NCBI GenBank assembly: GCA_963795855.1
Contig: CAWCIZ010000003.1
Coordinates: 384,001-448,000 of the forward strand
DNA from: Vulcanimicrobiota bacterium
GTDB lineage: Bacteria; Vulcanimicrobiota; Vulcanimicrobiia; Vulcanimicrobiales; Vulcanimicrobiaceae
Direction: 5' to 3'
DNA: 64,000 nucleotides
Notes under the pieces: model-generated
Seen by the model: the letters and a program-made list of their open reading frames with translations, nothing else
Database searches by the model: none
Told to the model about the DNA's origin: nothing
In this document: one piece after another, positions 1 through 9,979 of the stretch
Numbering within the stretch: the stretch's first letter is position 1
Layout of the letters: each line of letters starts with the position of its first letter
Position numbers and translations under genes: made by a program

Positions 1-746
1 ATCGCCGGATTGCCGGGATCGTTCCGGCGAATCTTGTTCGGATCGGTGACGTATTTGCGGATCTTCTTCGCGGTCTCGTCTTCGCTTTCACCGATGAGAA
101 TGAAGTTGTCGTACGACTTGCTCATCTTGCGACCGTCGATGCCCTCGACTTCGGCCGCACCTTCGACGAGCATCGCTTTGGGTTCGACGAGGACCTCTTC
201 GCCTTCGCCGTACAAGTAATTGAAACGGCGCACGACCTCGCGTCCGAATTCCAGGTGCGCGACCTGATCGCGGCCGACGGGAACTTCTTGCCCGCGAAAA
301 ACGGCAATGTCGCAAAGCTGCAGCAGCGGATATCCGAGAAACCCGTACGTCGCAATTTCCTGCCCGAGCGCTTCGATTTGGCCCTTGTACGTCGGCACGC
401 GCTCGAGCCACGACACCGGCGTAATCATGCTCAGCAGCACCTGCAGTTCGGAAATCTCCGGAATCGCCGACTGCAGAAAAAACGTGGACGAATTCGGATC
501 CACGCCGGCCGCCAGCCAGTCCAGAACCATCTCGTTTCGCGCGTTTCGAATGACTTGCGGATTTGCAAACCCCGTCGTATACGCATGGAGATCCGCGATT
601 TCGAAATATGCGTCGGCCGTTTGACAATACGTCACCCACTGCGTCAGCACGCCGAAGTAGTGGCCGATGTGCAGCTGCCCCGTCGGGCGCATGCCGGACA
701 TGACGCGCGGACGAATGCGCGGCGTCGGCGGGGCGGTGGTCATCAT
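1..746 (-). CDS. trpS: Tryptophanyl-tRNA synthetase (3' end runs off the window)
   Basis: Manual translation from ATG 746 gives SGMRPTGQLHIGHY (HIGH motif), VPVGRDQ and GIDGRKMSKS (KMSKS motif). ATGA overlap with the thiD stop. Missing from the ORF track because no stop lies in the window. Confidence 0.95.
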   Translation of the reverse strand, partial: MMTTAPPTPRIRPRVMSGMRPTGQLHIGHYFGVLTQWVTYCQTADAYFEIADLHAYTTGFANPQVIRNARNEMVLDWLAAGVDPNSSTFFLQSAIPEISELQVLLSMITPVSWLERVPTYKGQIEALGQEIATYGFLGYPLLQLCDIAVFRGQEVPVGRDQVAHLEFGREVVRRFNYLYGEGEEVLVEPKAMLVEGAAEVEGIDGRKMSKSYDNFILIGESEDETAKKIRKYVTDPNKIRRNDPGNPA

Positions 747-1483
747 GAACGCGCGATATTCGCGCGGACGTACGCGCGAGCCCCCTTCACTGCGTCGCGC
801 GGCTCGCGCCCCAGCGCTAATTCGCAGGCGAGCGCCATCGCGAGCGCGCAGCCGGTGCCGCGCATGCGCTGCGCCAGGCGTGAATCGGCGAAACGCTCAA
901 CGCTTTCGTGCGTCACGAACACGTCGACGGGATCGCCCGGGAGATGTCCGCCTTTTACGAGGGCGGCATTCGCGCCGCAGTCGATGAGGCGGCGGCCCGC
1001 ATCGGCCATGTCGGCGTGCGTTACGATCGTCATGCCGGTCAACTGCGCCGCTTCTTCGATGTTGGGCGTCAGAAAGGCGGCGGCGTGCTGCATGAACGCG
1101 CGAACCGCGGCGAGCGCATCGCCGTCGTAAAGCGATCCGCCTGCACTCGCGCGCATCACTGGATCGAACACGACCGGCACGCCGGACTGCCGCTGTAGGA
1201 ATCGCGCGATCGCTTCAGCATTCTGCGCGTTGCCCAACGCGCCCACGCGAATCGCGCGTGCCGACGAAAAGCGTATGGCGTCGAGTTGTCCGGTCACCAC
1301 CGCGCCCGGTAGCGCGAAGATCGCATGCACGCCTCCTTCGTCTTGCGCGCTGACCGCGGCTATCGCCATTTCGATTGCGACGCCGTAGTCCGCCGCCGTG
1401 CGCACGTCGCGTCCCAGCCCCGCGACGTTGCGCGGGTTCGTCGTGCCGATCGATACGACCAGAGGCGCGCCTGCCGTATTCAC
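743..1483 (-). CDS. thiD: Hydroxymethylpyrimidine/phosphomethylpyrimidine kinase
   Basis: VVFDPVMRASAG, LTPNIEEA, LVKGGH and RGTGC motifs of the ribokinase-like ThiD family; GTG start overlaps the thiE stop. Confidence 0.88.
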   Translation of the reverse strand: MNTAGAPLVVSIGTTNPRNVAGLGRDVRTAADYGVAIEMAIAAVSAQDEGGVHAIFALPGAVVTGQLDAIRFSSARAIRVGALGNAQNAEAIARFLQRQSGVPVVFDPVMRASAGGSLYDGDALAAVRAFMQHAAAFLTPNIEEAAQLTGMTIVTHADMADAGRRLIDCGANAALVKGGHLPGDPVDVFVTHESVERFADSRLAQRMRGTGCALAMALACELALGREPRDAVKGARAYVRANIARS

Positions 1484-2115
1484 TCGCCGTTCCACGCGCA
1501 CACGAGCGCGTGCGCCGCCGCGGCCGGATCGGCCGCCGAGGAAATTGCCGAGATCACCGCCGCCATCGCAACGCCGCTAGCACGCACATCCTGCAACTCC
1601 GCGGTAGTGATGCCGCCAATGGCGGCGACGGGCAAGCGCGTCTCCGAGGCAACCGCGCGCAACCCGGCGATGCCGATCGGAGCGCCTGCGTCGCTCTTCG
1701 AGGCCGTTGCGTACACCGAGCCCACGCCGATGTAGTCCGCATCGATCGTTTCTGCAAACCGCGCCTCTTCGGCCGAGCCGCACGAAACACCGAGGATGCG
1801 GTCCGCAAGCGCGGCGCGAATCGCCGGAAACTCTTGCGCAAGCGCGTCGTCTGGCCCGAGATGCGCGCCGTCCGCGTCGTAGAGCGGAACCGAGCGCCAC
1901 GCGTCGTTGAGAATGAAAAGCGCGTTCCGCTCCCAGGTCATCGCGCGAATTATGCGCGCATGTTGCGGAACGATGCCGCCTTTCGCGCGGTACTGCACGA
2001 TGCGCACGCCTGCATCGAGTATCGCGCGGCTTACCGCGATTGGATCGCACTGCGCGCTTTCGTTTACAATCGCATAGATGCCGTGCAAAAGCGCCGCACG
2101 CTGCGCGCGCGTCAC
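1480..2115 (-). CDS. thiE: Thiamine-phosphate synthase
   Basis: VQYRAK, FILND, DGAHLG, GSVYATASK and AAIGGI motifs; adjacent to thiD. Confidence 0.92.
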   Translation of the reverse strand: MTRAQRAALLHGIYAIVNESAQCDPIAVSRAILDAGVRIVQYRAKGGIVPQHARIIRAMTWERNALFILNDAWRSVPLYDADGAHLGPDDALAQEFPAIRAALADRILGVSCGSAEEARFAETIDADYIGVGSVYATASKSDAGAPIGIAGLRAVASETRLPVAAIGGITTAELQDVRASGVAMAAVISAISSAADPAAAAHALVCAWNGE

Positions 2116-2303
2116 GATCTTCGCGAGTTGCGCATCCGCATGAAAAGCCACGCATTGAACGCCAGGTACAGCACGAATACGACGACGACGATTGCGGCGA
2201 TGCGGTAATTGTGACGCTGCATCGCGATCGGTACGAGAAACGCAAACACCATGGCTGCGGCCATCAGCAGCGCCAGAATCCGTTGAAACGGTACGAAACT
2301 CAC
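2112..2303 (-). CDS. Small two-TM membrane protein (63 aa), function unknown
   Basis: Two hydrophobic stretches and a basic tail; 4-nt overlaps with both parB and thiE. Confidence 0.7.
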   Translation of the reverse strand: MSFVPFQRILALLMAAAMVFAFLVPIAMQRHNYRIAAIVVVVFVLYLAFNAWLFMRMRNSRRS

Positions 2304-3182
2304 TCTTCGAGCAGCAGTTCGGCGATGCGGATCAGATCCGTTTCGTTCGCGTACTTGATCTCGATGCTTCCGCCGCTCGCGCCGCGCCGCAAGGCCACCG
2401 GCGCCGCGAATTTGGTTCGCAGCCGTGCTTCGAAATCACGATCTTCCGGCGTGCCCCGGAGGCTTCGGCTTGCCCGGCACCGGCGGGCGACTCATCGCGG
2501 TGACGATGCGCTCGAGCGCGCGCACCGACAGGCCCAGCTGCGCGCTGCGTTTCGCCAGATCCACGCGCTGAGCTTCGGGCGCGGCCAAAAGGACGCGCGC
2601 GTGCGCGGCGCTGAGCGCGCCGCCGGCGATGAACGCTTTGATGGTCTCCGGCAATCCGAGCAGCCGCAGCGCGTTCGTGACGGCGGGACGGCTCTTGCCC
2701 AAACGCTGAGCGACTTGCTCCTGCGTGAAGTCGTGGGAGTCGATGAGTTCGGCGATACCGGCGGCTTCCTCCAGAGCGTTGAGATTCTCGCGCTGGAGAT
2801 TCTCGATGATCGCCACTTCCAGGGATTCGCGATCGTCGCTCGTGCGCACGATTGCAGGCACCGTCGGCCGCTGCAGCACCGCGCAGGCGCGCCACCGGCG
2901 TTCGCCGGCGATCAGTTCGTAGCCGTCGCCGCGCTCCCGCACCAGGATCGGCACGAGCACACCATGCTCACGAATCGACCCCTGCAGTTCTTCGAGCGCG
3001 ACCGGATCGAACGTTTTGCGCGGCTGGTGCGGATTCGGCCGAATCCGCTCCACGGGTATCTGCCGAATCGCATCCACGACCGGCGGCGCAGGCGCCGTGA
3101 CGTTAGGGGCGGCCGGCAGCGCGGCCTCGCCTAGGAGCGCACCCAGTCCGCGTCCGAGCCCGCGTTTTGGAGCGGTGCTCAC
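2300..3182 (-). CDS. parB: ParB/Spo0J partitioning protein (frameshift near 2450-2500)
   Basis: KRGLGRGLGALL, NPHQPRK, IAGERRWRA, IIENLQRENL and HTH; the C-terminal domain (GSIEIKY...LLLEE*) continues in another frame to the stop at 2300. Confidence 0.93.
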
Positions 3183-3967
3183 CAGGCGGCCGCCCGCGAC
3201 TGCTGCGAGGCCTGCTCGAGCATCTCTTTTGCCAGCGACATGTAGGCCTGCGCCCCGCGCGACTTCAAATCGAACAAGATAACCGGCTTTCCGAAGGATG
3301 GCGCTTCCGAGAGCCGCACGTTGCGCGGAATCTGCGTCTTGAACATCTGCCGTGGAAAGTAGGCGTTCAGTTCGTCGAGCACTTCCATCGCGAGTTTGGT
3401 GCGGCCGTCGAACATCGTCACCAGGACGCCGCTGACCTGCAGCTTCGGATTGAGCGCTTCTTGCACGCGCCGGACGACGTTCGTGAGTTGCGAAAGTCCT
3501 TCGAGCGCATAATACTCGGCTTGGACCGGAATGATGATTTCTTGCGTTGCGGTGAGCGCGTTGATCGTCAGCAAGCCGAGCGACGGCGGACAGTCGACGA
3601 GCACGAAATCGTAGCCGCCGGCGATCGGCGCAACGACGCCTTTGAGACGGTTTTCGCGCGAGAGCGCCGACACCAATTCGATTTCCGCTCCGGCAAGATT
3701 AATCGTCGCCGGAATGATGTCGAGATTGTCTATTTCCGTGCGGCGCAGCACTTCATCGAACGACGCGTGATGCATCAGGAGGTCGTACACGTCGCGCTTG
3801 AGCTCGGATTTGTTCACGCCCAGACCCGTCGACGTGTTGCCTTGCGGATCGAGATCGATCACGAGCACGCGCTGCCCCATCACGGCAAGTGCCGCGCCGA
3901 GATTGACGGTCGTCGTGCTTTTCCCGACTCCGCCTTTTTGATTGACGAACGCGATGATCCGCGAGAT
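3179..3967 (-). CDS. parA: ParA/Soj ATPase
   Basis: NQKGGVGKSTT deviant Walker A, DLDPQGN, DCPPSLG, IPRNVRLSEAPSFG. Start placed at the ATC that aligns with the usual Met. Confidence 0.93.
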   Translation of the reverse strand: MSRIIAFVNQKGGVGKSTTTVNLGAALAVMGQRVLVIDLDPQGNTSTGLGVNKSELKRDVYDLLMHHASFDEVLRRTEIDNLDIIPATINLAGAEIELVSALSRENRLKGVVAPIAGGYDFVLVDCPPSLGLLTINALTATQEIIIPVQAEYYALEGLSQLTNVVRRVQEALNPKLQVSGVLVTMFDGRTKLAMEVLDELNAYFPRQMFKTQIPRNVRLSEAPSFGKPVILFDLKSRGAQAYMSLAKEMLEQASQQSRAAAW

Positions 3968-3980
3968 CGGCCGAAACCCC

Positions 3981-5372
3981 CTAGGAAATTGGGCGCGCCT
4001 CTTGAGCGAAGAACCGCTCCAAAAGCGCGCGCAGCGTGGCTGGCTCATTGCGCTCCGGCTGCTCCGTGACCTGCTCGAACAAGTACTGCAGCGCGTCTCC
4101 GACGCGCTTGTCGCCGCGAAAGCCGCGCGCCGCCAAACCCATGCAAACCATCGTCTCAATCACCGCAGCGCCGTCGATGCGCAAGTCCTTTACGGAAAAC
4201 GGCGGTTTTCGGGCGATTTCGGCGTAAACGCGCGCTTGAAACCGCTCGTTCGAATCGTCGCGCTTCGGTAAACCGCTGCCCGCGATGTCGGCTGCCCGCA
4301 GGGCGAACTGGCGATCCACCCGGTCGACGCCGATGCGCCGTATGAAGCGGCGAATCGCCGCGTCGCTGAGATCGGGGTCGGCGACGTACATATGCTGGCG
4401 AACGAGGTGCTCGGCGGTATCCGTGACCTCGTTCGAAAACCGCAGGCGCGCGAGCATCGAACGCGTCATGTCGGCGCCCACTTGTTCGTGCCGGTAGAAA
4501 TGCGGCCCATCTTTGGTGCGCGGTTTTCCGATGTCGTGCAGCAGCGCCGCAAGACGCAGCGTCAAATCGCCCGCCGGCGCTGCATCGAGCGTTTCGAGGT
4601 TGTGCCGGTGAACGTCGTACGCATGCCACTCGTTCTGCTCGACGCCGACGCCTTCGAGCAATTCCGGCCACACGTGTGCGAGGACGCCCGTTGCGCGCAG
4701 CAATTCGAGACCGAGCGAAGGTTTGGGAGCCTGAACGATCATCTTGGTGAGTTCGTCGGCGATGCGTTCCGCCGATACGGACGCGACCTTACCGGATGCC
4801 TGCTCCATCGCCGCGACCGTTTGCCGTGAGGGTGCGTAGTCGAAGCGCGCAGCAAACTGCGCGGCGCGCAGCATGCGAAGCGGATCTTCTTCGAAGGCGC
4901 GCGGCGTGAGAATGTCTATTCGCCGCGCGCGGATGTCCTCGGCGCCGCCGTACGGATCGACTATCTCGCCCGACGGCAGCGCGCGAGCAATCATGTTCAT
5001 GCGAAAATCACGCCGCGCCAAATCGTCCGCGAGTGGAACGTGCGGACCGCTCTCGACGCTGAAATCGCGGTGCCCCGAGCCGGTGGAGTGTTCGCGCCGC
5101 GGAAGCGCGACGTCCACGGTGCGCCCGTCGAACGTTACCTTGAATACGGCGAACGACGCGCCGACCAAATCGACGCGGCCGAGACGCTCCAAGCGCTCTC
5201 GCAGTTCGCCTTCCGGAACGCCCGTGACGACGTAGTCGAGGTCCTTGAGTACGATTCGCGCATCTTCGCTTTCGCGCCGCAGTTCGTCGCGCACGCGGCC
5301 GCCCACGGCAAAGAGCGTACCGGGCGGCACGACCTCGGCGAGGGCGCGGTCGGCGGGAAGCAGATCGTACAT
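3981..5372 (-). CDS. cca: Class II tRNA nucleotidyltransferase (CCA-adding) with HD domain
   Basis: VGGRVRD..DLD, DLARRDFRMN, EDPLRMLRA template motif, AALLHDIGKP HD domain. Confidence 0.85.
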   Translation of the reverse strand: MYDLLPADRALAEVVPPGTLFAVGGRVRDELRRESEDARIVLKDLDYVVTGVPEGELRERLERLGRVDLVGASFAVFKVTFDGRTVDVALPRREHSTGSGHRDFSVESGPHVPLADDLARRDFRMNMIARALPSGEIVDPYGGAEDIRARRIDILTPRAFEEDPLRMLRAAQFAARFDYAPSRQTVAAMEQASGKVASVSAERIADELTKMIVQAPKPSLGLELLRATGVLAHVWPELLEGVGVEQNEWHAYDVHRHNLETLDAAPAGDLTLRLAALLHDIGKPRTKDGPHFYRHEQVGADMTRSMLARLRFSNEVTDTAEHLVRQHMYVADPDLSDAAIRRFIRRIGVDRVDRQFALRAADIAGSGLPKRDDSNERFQARVYAEIARKPPFSVKDLRIDGAAVIETMVCMGLAARGFRGDKRVGDALQYLFEQVTEQPERNEPATLRALLERFFAQEARPIS

Positions 5373-5445
5373 CTATCAGGCGCGGGTTCGCGCGGCATCG
5401 TAATGCTGCCTCGCGCTCGGGTAACCCACTAGAGCGTAAGGATGG

Positions 5446-5532
5446 TTACTTTAGTTGACTCGCCGCTACGACGGCGATCAGGACCGCGAGCATCGCGGCA
5501 GAAAACAGCAAGTGGCGAAGGGCGTCGGTCAT
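5446..5532 (-). CDS. Candidate 28-aa single-TM small protein MTDALRHLLFSAAMLAVLIAVVAASQLK
   Basis: Manual translation, ATG to TAA, with a hydrophobic core and purine-rich GGGATGAG upstream; below the ORF track cutoff. Confidence 0.45.
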   Translation of the reverse strand: MTDALRHLLFSAAMLAVLIAVVAASQLK

Positions 5533-5629
5533 CGGTTTCTCATCCCAAACCGTACTACCCGCACAGACGGCGCGCTATTGCTTTCGCCGCAAGTGCGCCC
5601 TAGGTCTTTTGGCCCAGTACGGTTCTTAA

Positions 5630-5645
5630 TGTTTCTCGGGAAACT
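5630..5645. promoter_or_regulatory. parS-like site 1 (TGTTTCTCGGGAAACT)
   Basis: 16-bp imperfect palindrome, 3 mismatches to TGTTTCACGTGAAACA, upstream of cca-parA-parB. Confidence 0.7.
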
Positions 5646-5667
5646 TCGGGCATGTCGAGTGCCTTAA

Positions 5668-5683
5668 TGTTTCCCGGTAAACA
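5668..5683. promoter_or_regulatory. parS-like site 2 (TGTTTCCCGGTAAACA)
   Basis: 16-bp imperfect palindrome 38 bp from site 1; both are preceded by CTTAA. Confidence 0.72.
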
Positions 5684-6364
5684 TCAGAGGCAGAGCGGGC
5701 GCTTCTCCGGCACGCCGGTACGGCGCGGAAAGCGTGGGGGTGTGGCCGCGATCTTTTCCACAAGCAAAACGCGCCGCTCTCCGTCGAGGCGCACTTCTTC
5801 CGCGACCTTCGCGCCGAGCATCGGCGCCGCATCCGCGACAGCCTCCCGCTCGCGATCGTCCATGCGCCCGCGCTGAAGCACCGCGACGCCGCCGATCCGA
5901 AGAAATGGAACCGTGAGCTCTAAAACCGTCGGCGCGCTCGACACCGCTCGCGCGGTCGCACAAGCGAAGCGCTCGCGCAAGTCCGCCTCGCGCGCCGCCT
6001 GTTCGGCTCGCTCCGGAATCACGCGCGCGCGTACTCCGAGTACTGCGGCTGCGGCCTCGAGAAAGGCGGCTTTTTTGGTCGTGGACTCAACGAGCACGAT
6101 TTCTGCGCCGGTCGCCAGCGCGATCGGTAGAGCCGGCAATCCGCCACCGGAGCCCACGTCGATGAGCGGACCCGCAATAAATCGCGTAATGCTCAGGCTG
6201 TCCACAATGTGAGGAACTAGTGTTTCGGCGTCATCGGCGCCGCTGACGTTGAAGCGCCGGTTCGCATCGAGCAGCATTGCCCCGTAGTCCGCCAGAGAAG
6301 CGATGAGATTCTCCTCGATGCCGGCCCGGCGCAGAAGATCCTCGAGGCGGTCGCGCTCGTCCAT
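5684..6364 (-). CDS. rsmG: 16S rRNA m7G527 methyltransferase
   Basis: [20 protein letters not shown] and [13 protein letters not shown] motifs; ATG 6364 overlaps the mnmG TAA. Confidence 0.93.
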   Translation of the reverse strand: MDERDRLEDLLRRAGIEENLIASLADYGAMLLDANRRFNVSGADDAETLVPHIVDSLSITRFIAGPLIDVGSGGGLPALPIALATGAEIVLVESTTKKAAFLEAAAAVLGVRARVIPERAEQAAREADLRERFACATARAVSSAPTVLELTVPFLRIGGVAVLQRGRMDDREREAVADAAPMLGAKVAEEVRLDGERRVLLVEKIAATPPRFPRRTGVPEKRPLCL

Positions 6365-8224
6365 TACCCGGCCGGCACGGCCGGACGACGCAGGTAGAGA
6401 CTCACAATCGCGACGTCCGATGGCGTGACGCCCGGGAATCCTTCCGGCGGCGCCGAGCGTTCGCGGACGCCGCAGGCTCAACTTCTCCCGCGCCTCCCGG
6501 GAGAGCGCCGCAATCGTGTCATACGCGAACTCCGCGGGAATGGGCACGTCTTCGCTCTTTGCCGCCTTCTCGATCGCAAGCTGCTCCCGCCGGACGTACC
6601 CTTCGTACTTCACCTCGATTGCGACGCGCTCACCGATGAGGTCGGGAACGTCCACCATGTAAGTCGCCACATCCGAAAAGCCGAGCCTCGGCCGGCGCAG
6701 CGCGTCCGCTATGGTGGCGCCCCGCTCGAACGCCTCATCTTGGATCGCCCGAACGCCGATGTCCGTGGTCTTGGCGACCGCTATCGCGCTTCGCAGCATT
6801 GCCTGCCGCGCCTCGAAAGCGGCCCAAGCCTCATCGTCGACGAGGCCCGCAAGGCGTCCGACAGGCGTAAGCCGTGAATCGGCGTTGTCGTGCCGCAGAA
6901 TCATGCGGTGCTCCGCACGCGAGGTCAGCATGCGGTACGGTTCGTCGACGCCTTTCGTAACCAAATCGTCGATCAGGACGCCGATATACGCCTGACTCCG
7001 CCTGAGGCGCAGCGGTTCCCGGCCTAACGCCGCACTCGCGGCATTGATCCCGGCTATCAGGCCTTGTGCCGCCGCTTCTTCGTATCCCGACGTGCCGTTG
7101 ATCTGTCCGCAGTGATAGAGCCCGTCGAGCCGATGCGTCTCGAGCGTGTCGCGCAATTCCGTCGGGGGCACCATGTCGTATTCGACGGCATATCCCGCGC
7201 GAAGCATCTCGACGCTTTCAAGTCCGGGCAGCGTGCGCAGCATGTCGATCTGAACTTCGGCCGGCAGCGAGGTTGAAAAGCCGCCGACGTACCAGGTCGG
7301 TTCGTCCCAGCCTTCGGGCTCGATGAAGATCTGATGCGACGGATTATGCGCGAATTTGACGACCTTGTCTTCAATCGACGGACAATACCGCGGGCCGATT
7401 CCTTCGATCAAATCGAGGCCGTACAATGGCGACCGATGCAGGTTTTCTCGCACGAGGGCGTGCGTGCGCGCGTTGGTTTCCGTGATGTAACACGCCAGTT
7501 GCAGCCCCGCAAACACCGCGTCGCTGCCGTACGAAAACGGAAGCGGCGCCGCGCTGGGCGGTTGCAGTTGCATCGCTTCGACGGTGACGCTCGCGCGATC
7601 GATCCGCGGCGGCGTACCGGTTTTCAAGCGCTGCGTAGGAAAACCGAGCGAGCGCAGCGCGTGCGAAAGACCGACCGCGGGCGCTTCGCCGAAACGTCCT
7701 TCGGCTTGCACGACGTCGCCGCGAAACGTTTTTCCGCCGAGGAACGTGCCCGTCGCCAAAACGACCTGCCGCGCGTAATACCGCGCACCGCCGGCGCAGG
7801 TCACACCGCGAATGCGGCTCGCGGAAACGATCAGCGACTCGACCATGCCCCGCACGATGTGAAGATTCGGTTGCGACCGCAGCGTTTCGATTGCGATTCG
7901 CGCGTACGCCGGTTTGTCGGCCAATGCGCGGAGAGCGCGCACCGCCGGCCCCTTCGATTCGTTCAAAAACCGCGAGTGCACCGAGCACCGATCGACGATT
8001 CGCGCCATTTCGCCGCCGAGCGCATCGATTTCGCGAACGAGTTGGCCCTTCGCGCTTCCTCCGATGGAAGGGTTGCACGGCAGCGTGCAAATCCGATCGG
8101 GATCGCCCGTCACCAGCAGGGTCGGCACGCCCAAGCGCGCCGAGGCCAGCGCGGCTTCCAGCCCTGCATGGCCGCCGCCGACGATGATGACGCCGGCATC
8201 ATCCGGACGCAAGGGTTCGTTCAC
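6364..8224 (-). CDS. mnmG: tRNA uridine-5-carboxymethylaminomethyl synthesis enzyme (frameshift near 6432)
   Basis: GGGHAG FAD motif, [34 protein letters not shown]; true C-terminus [16 protein letters not shown]...* lies in a shifted frame. Confidence 0.95.
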
Positions 8225-8304
8225 AACGCTCTATTCTAACAGGTACGTACAAACGCACCTTTCGGCGCGTGGGCGCGCCGCAGCCGCTCGTCGAAAGTGG
8301 CGGC

Positions 8305-8629
8305 ATGAACTTTGCGCCGCATCTCTGTGCCGTCCTGATGCTCGCCGTGCTGATGGGGCAAATAACCGATAAGACGACCGGGCAGCCGCTACGCAGCGTG
8401 CGCGTACAGATCCGGCAAGGTAGCTCGACATTGCAGGCGACGACCGATGCCGACGGCCGTTTCCGCATTTCGGGCGTGCGAACCGGCTCGCACACGCTGC
8501 GGTATTCGTCGGCGGACGTTCCGCCGCAGAGCATCGCAATTCGGGTGCGCGGTGCGCAACAGCGCGTATCGATTCGTGCCTGCAGTACGACGCTCGACTA
8601 TAGACTGCGCGGGACCCGGCGGCGGTTAA
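8305..8629 (+). CDS. Small secreted carboxypeptidase-regulatory-like (beta-sandwich) domain protein, probable indel near 8603
   Basis: Signal-like N-terminus, then GQITDKTTGQPL...TTDADGRFRISGV..G.HTL; C-terminal Cys pair if the frame is corrected. Confidence 0.65.
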
Positions 8630-8635
8630 CCGGTC

Positions 8636-9979
8636 CTATTTTCCGATGCAAAACCGCGCGAAGATGCGGCTCACGAGTTCTTCGTTTGCCACATCTCCGG
8701 TGAGGTGACCCAGTTCGGCGAATGCACGCTGCAGCTCGCCCACGATGAGATCGCTAGGCTCGCCGCAATCCAGCGTGTCGCGCGCGTGCCCGATGGCATC
8801 GATCGCTTGCGCGACGGCGTCGAATTCGTTCAATGACGCGAGATGCGGCCGTTCCAGGTCGGGCAGTTCGCCGCCCCACGCGGCTCGCGCAAGCGATTCC
8901 CGAATACGTTCCAGCGTTGCGGAGTCGCGCGTCGTTCCGATGACGTCGATGCTTCCGTCGAGCCGTTCCGATCCGGCTCGTCCGGCGTCGGCCTTGTTAG
9001 CGAACACGACGCGCGCGCGGTTCGCGGTCCGATGCAGCAGCGCGAAGACTTCCGCCGATGGCGGCTCGGAGCCGTCGATCACGACGAGCGCGACACGCGC
9101 ACCGGCGAGCGCGCGCTCCGTGCGTTCGATGCCCGCCGCTTCCAAACGGTCGGCATGACGCCGAATGCCCGCGGTGTCGATGAGCCGCATCTGCACGCCC
9201 TGCACCGCGATCGATTCCTCGATCGTGTCGCGCGTGGTCCCCGGAATCTCCGAAACCAGCGCGCGCTCTTCACCGAGCAGCGCATTGAGCAGCGAGGACT
9301 TTCCGGCGTTGGGCGGGCCGACTATTGCGACGGGCACACCTTCGCGCACGAGCCGTCCCGCTTCGCCTTCGCGCTGCAGCCGCAGCAAATCGCCGGCGAT
9401 TCCATCCAGTTCCCGATGCAGCTCGCGGCGATCCGGATCGGGCACCTCGTCCGGAAAATCCACCGCGCCGGCGAGTTCTTCCAGCAGCGAGGCGAGCCGT
9501 TCGCGCAAAGCGCGCACCTCGTTCGCAAGCCCGCCGCCGAGGTTCGCTACCGCGGCCCGCGCCGCCGAACGCGTTTCCGCGTCGATCAGATCCGCGACGG
9601 CTGACGCCGCATGCAAGTCCAGTTTACCGTTCAAGAACGCGCGGCGCGTGAATTCCCCTGCCGTCGCGTACCGGGCGCCGCACGCGACGATCGCGCGCAC
9701 GACTTCGCGCGCGACGACCGGGGAACCGTGCACGTGGAATTCGACGGTGTCTTCGCCCGTGTAAGTGTGCGGCGCGACTGAAAGGATCGCCAGGCCGCGG
9801 TCGAGCGGCGTGCCGCGTTCGTCGACTATCGTGCCATACGTTGCGACGCGGTTTTGCAGCGCGCACTTCGAAACGAACAAGCGCGCAGCGAGCGTCCGTG
9901 CATCCGCGCCCGAAACGCGAACGATCGCGATCGCCCCTTTGCCGGGAGGCGTCGCGATCGCCGCGATCGTGTCGTTCAT
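8636..9979 (-). CDS. mnmE: tRNA modification GTPase
   Basis: DTIAAIATP, GPPNAGKSSLLN, GTTRD, DTAG, NKAD and C-terminal FCIGK. Confidence 0.97.
   Translation of the reverse strand: MNDTIAAIATPPGKGAIAIVRVSGADARTLAARLFVSKCALQNRVATYGTIVDERGTPLDRGLAILSVAPHTYTGEDTVEFHVHGSPVVAREVVRAIVACGARYATAGEFTRRAFLNGKLDLHAASAVADLIDAETRSAARAAVANLGGGLANEVRALRERLASLLEELAGAVDFPDEVPDPDRRELHRELDGIAGDLLRLQREGEAGRLVREGVPVAIVGPPNAGKSSLLNALLGEERALVSEIPGTTRDTIEESIAVQGVQMRLIDTAGIRRHADRLEAAGIERTERALAGARVALVVIDGSEPPSAEVFALLHRTANRARVVFANKADAGRAGSERLDGSIDVIGTTRDSATLERIRESLARAAWGGELPDLERPHLASLNEFDAVAQAIDAIGHARDTLDCGEPSDLIVGELQRAFAELGHLTGDVANEELVSRIFARFCIGK

Noticed and set aside
5684..8224. Apparent 846-aa MnmG-RsmG fusion
   Set aside because: The true MnmG C-terminus and a TAA overlapping the rsmG ATG are present in a shifted frame; one extra base near 6432 explains it.
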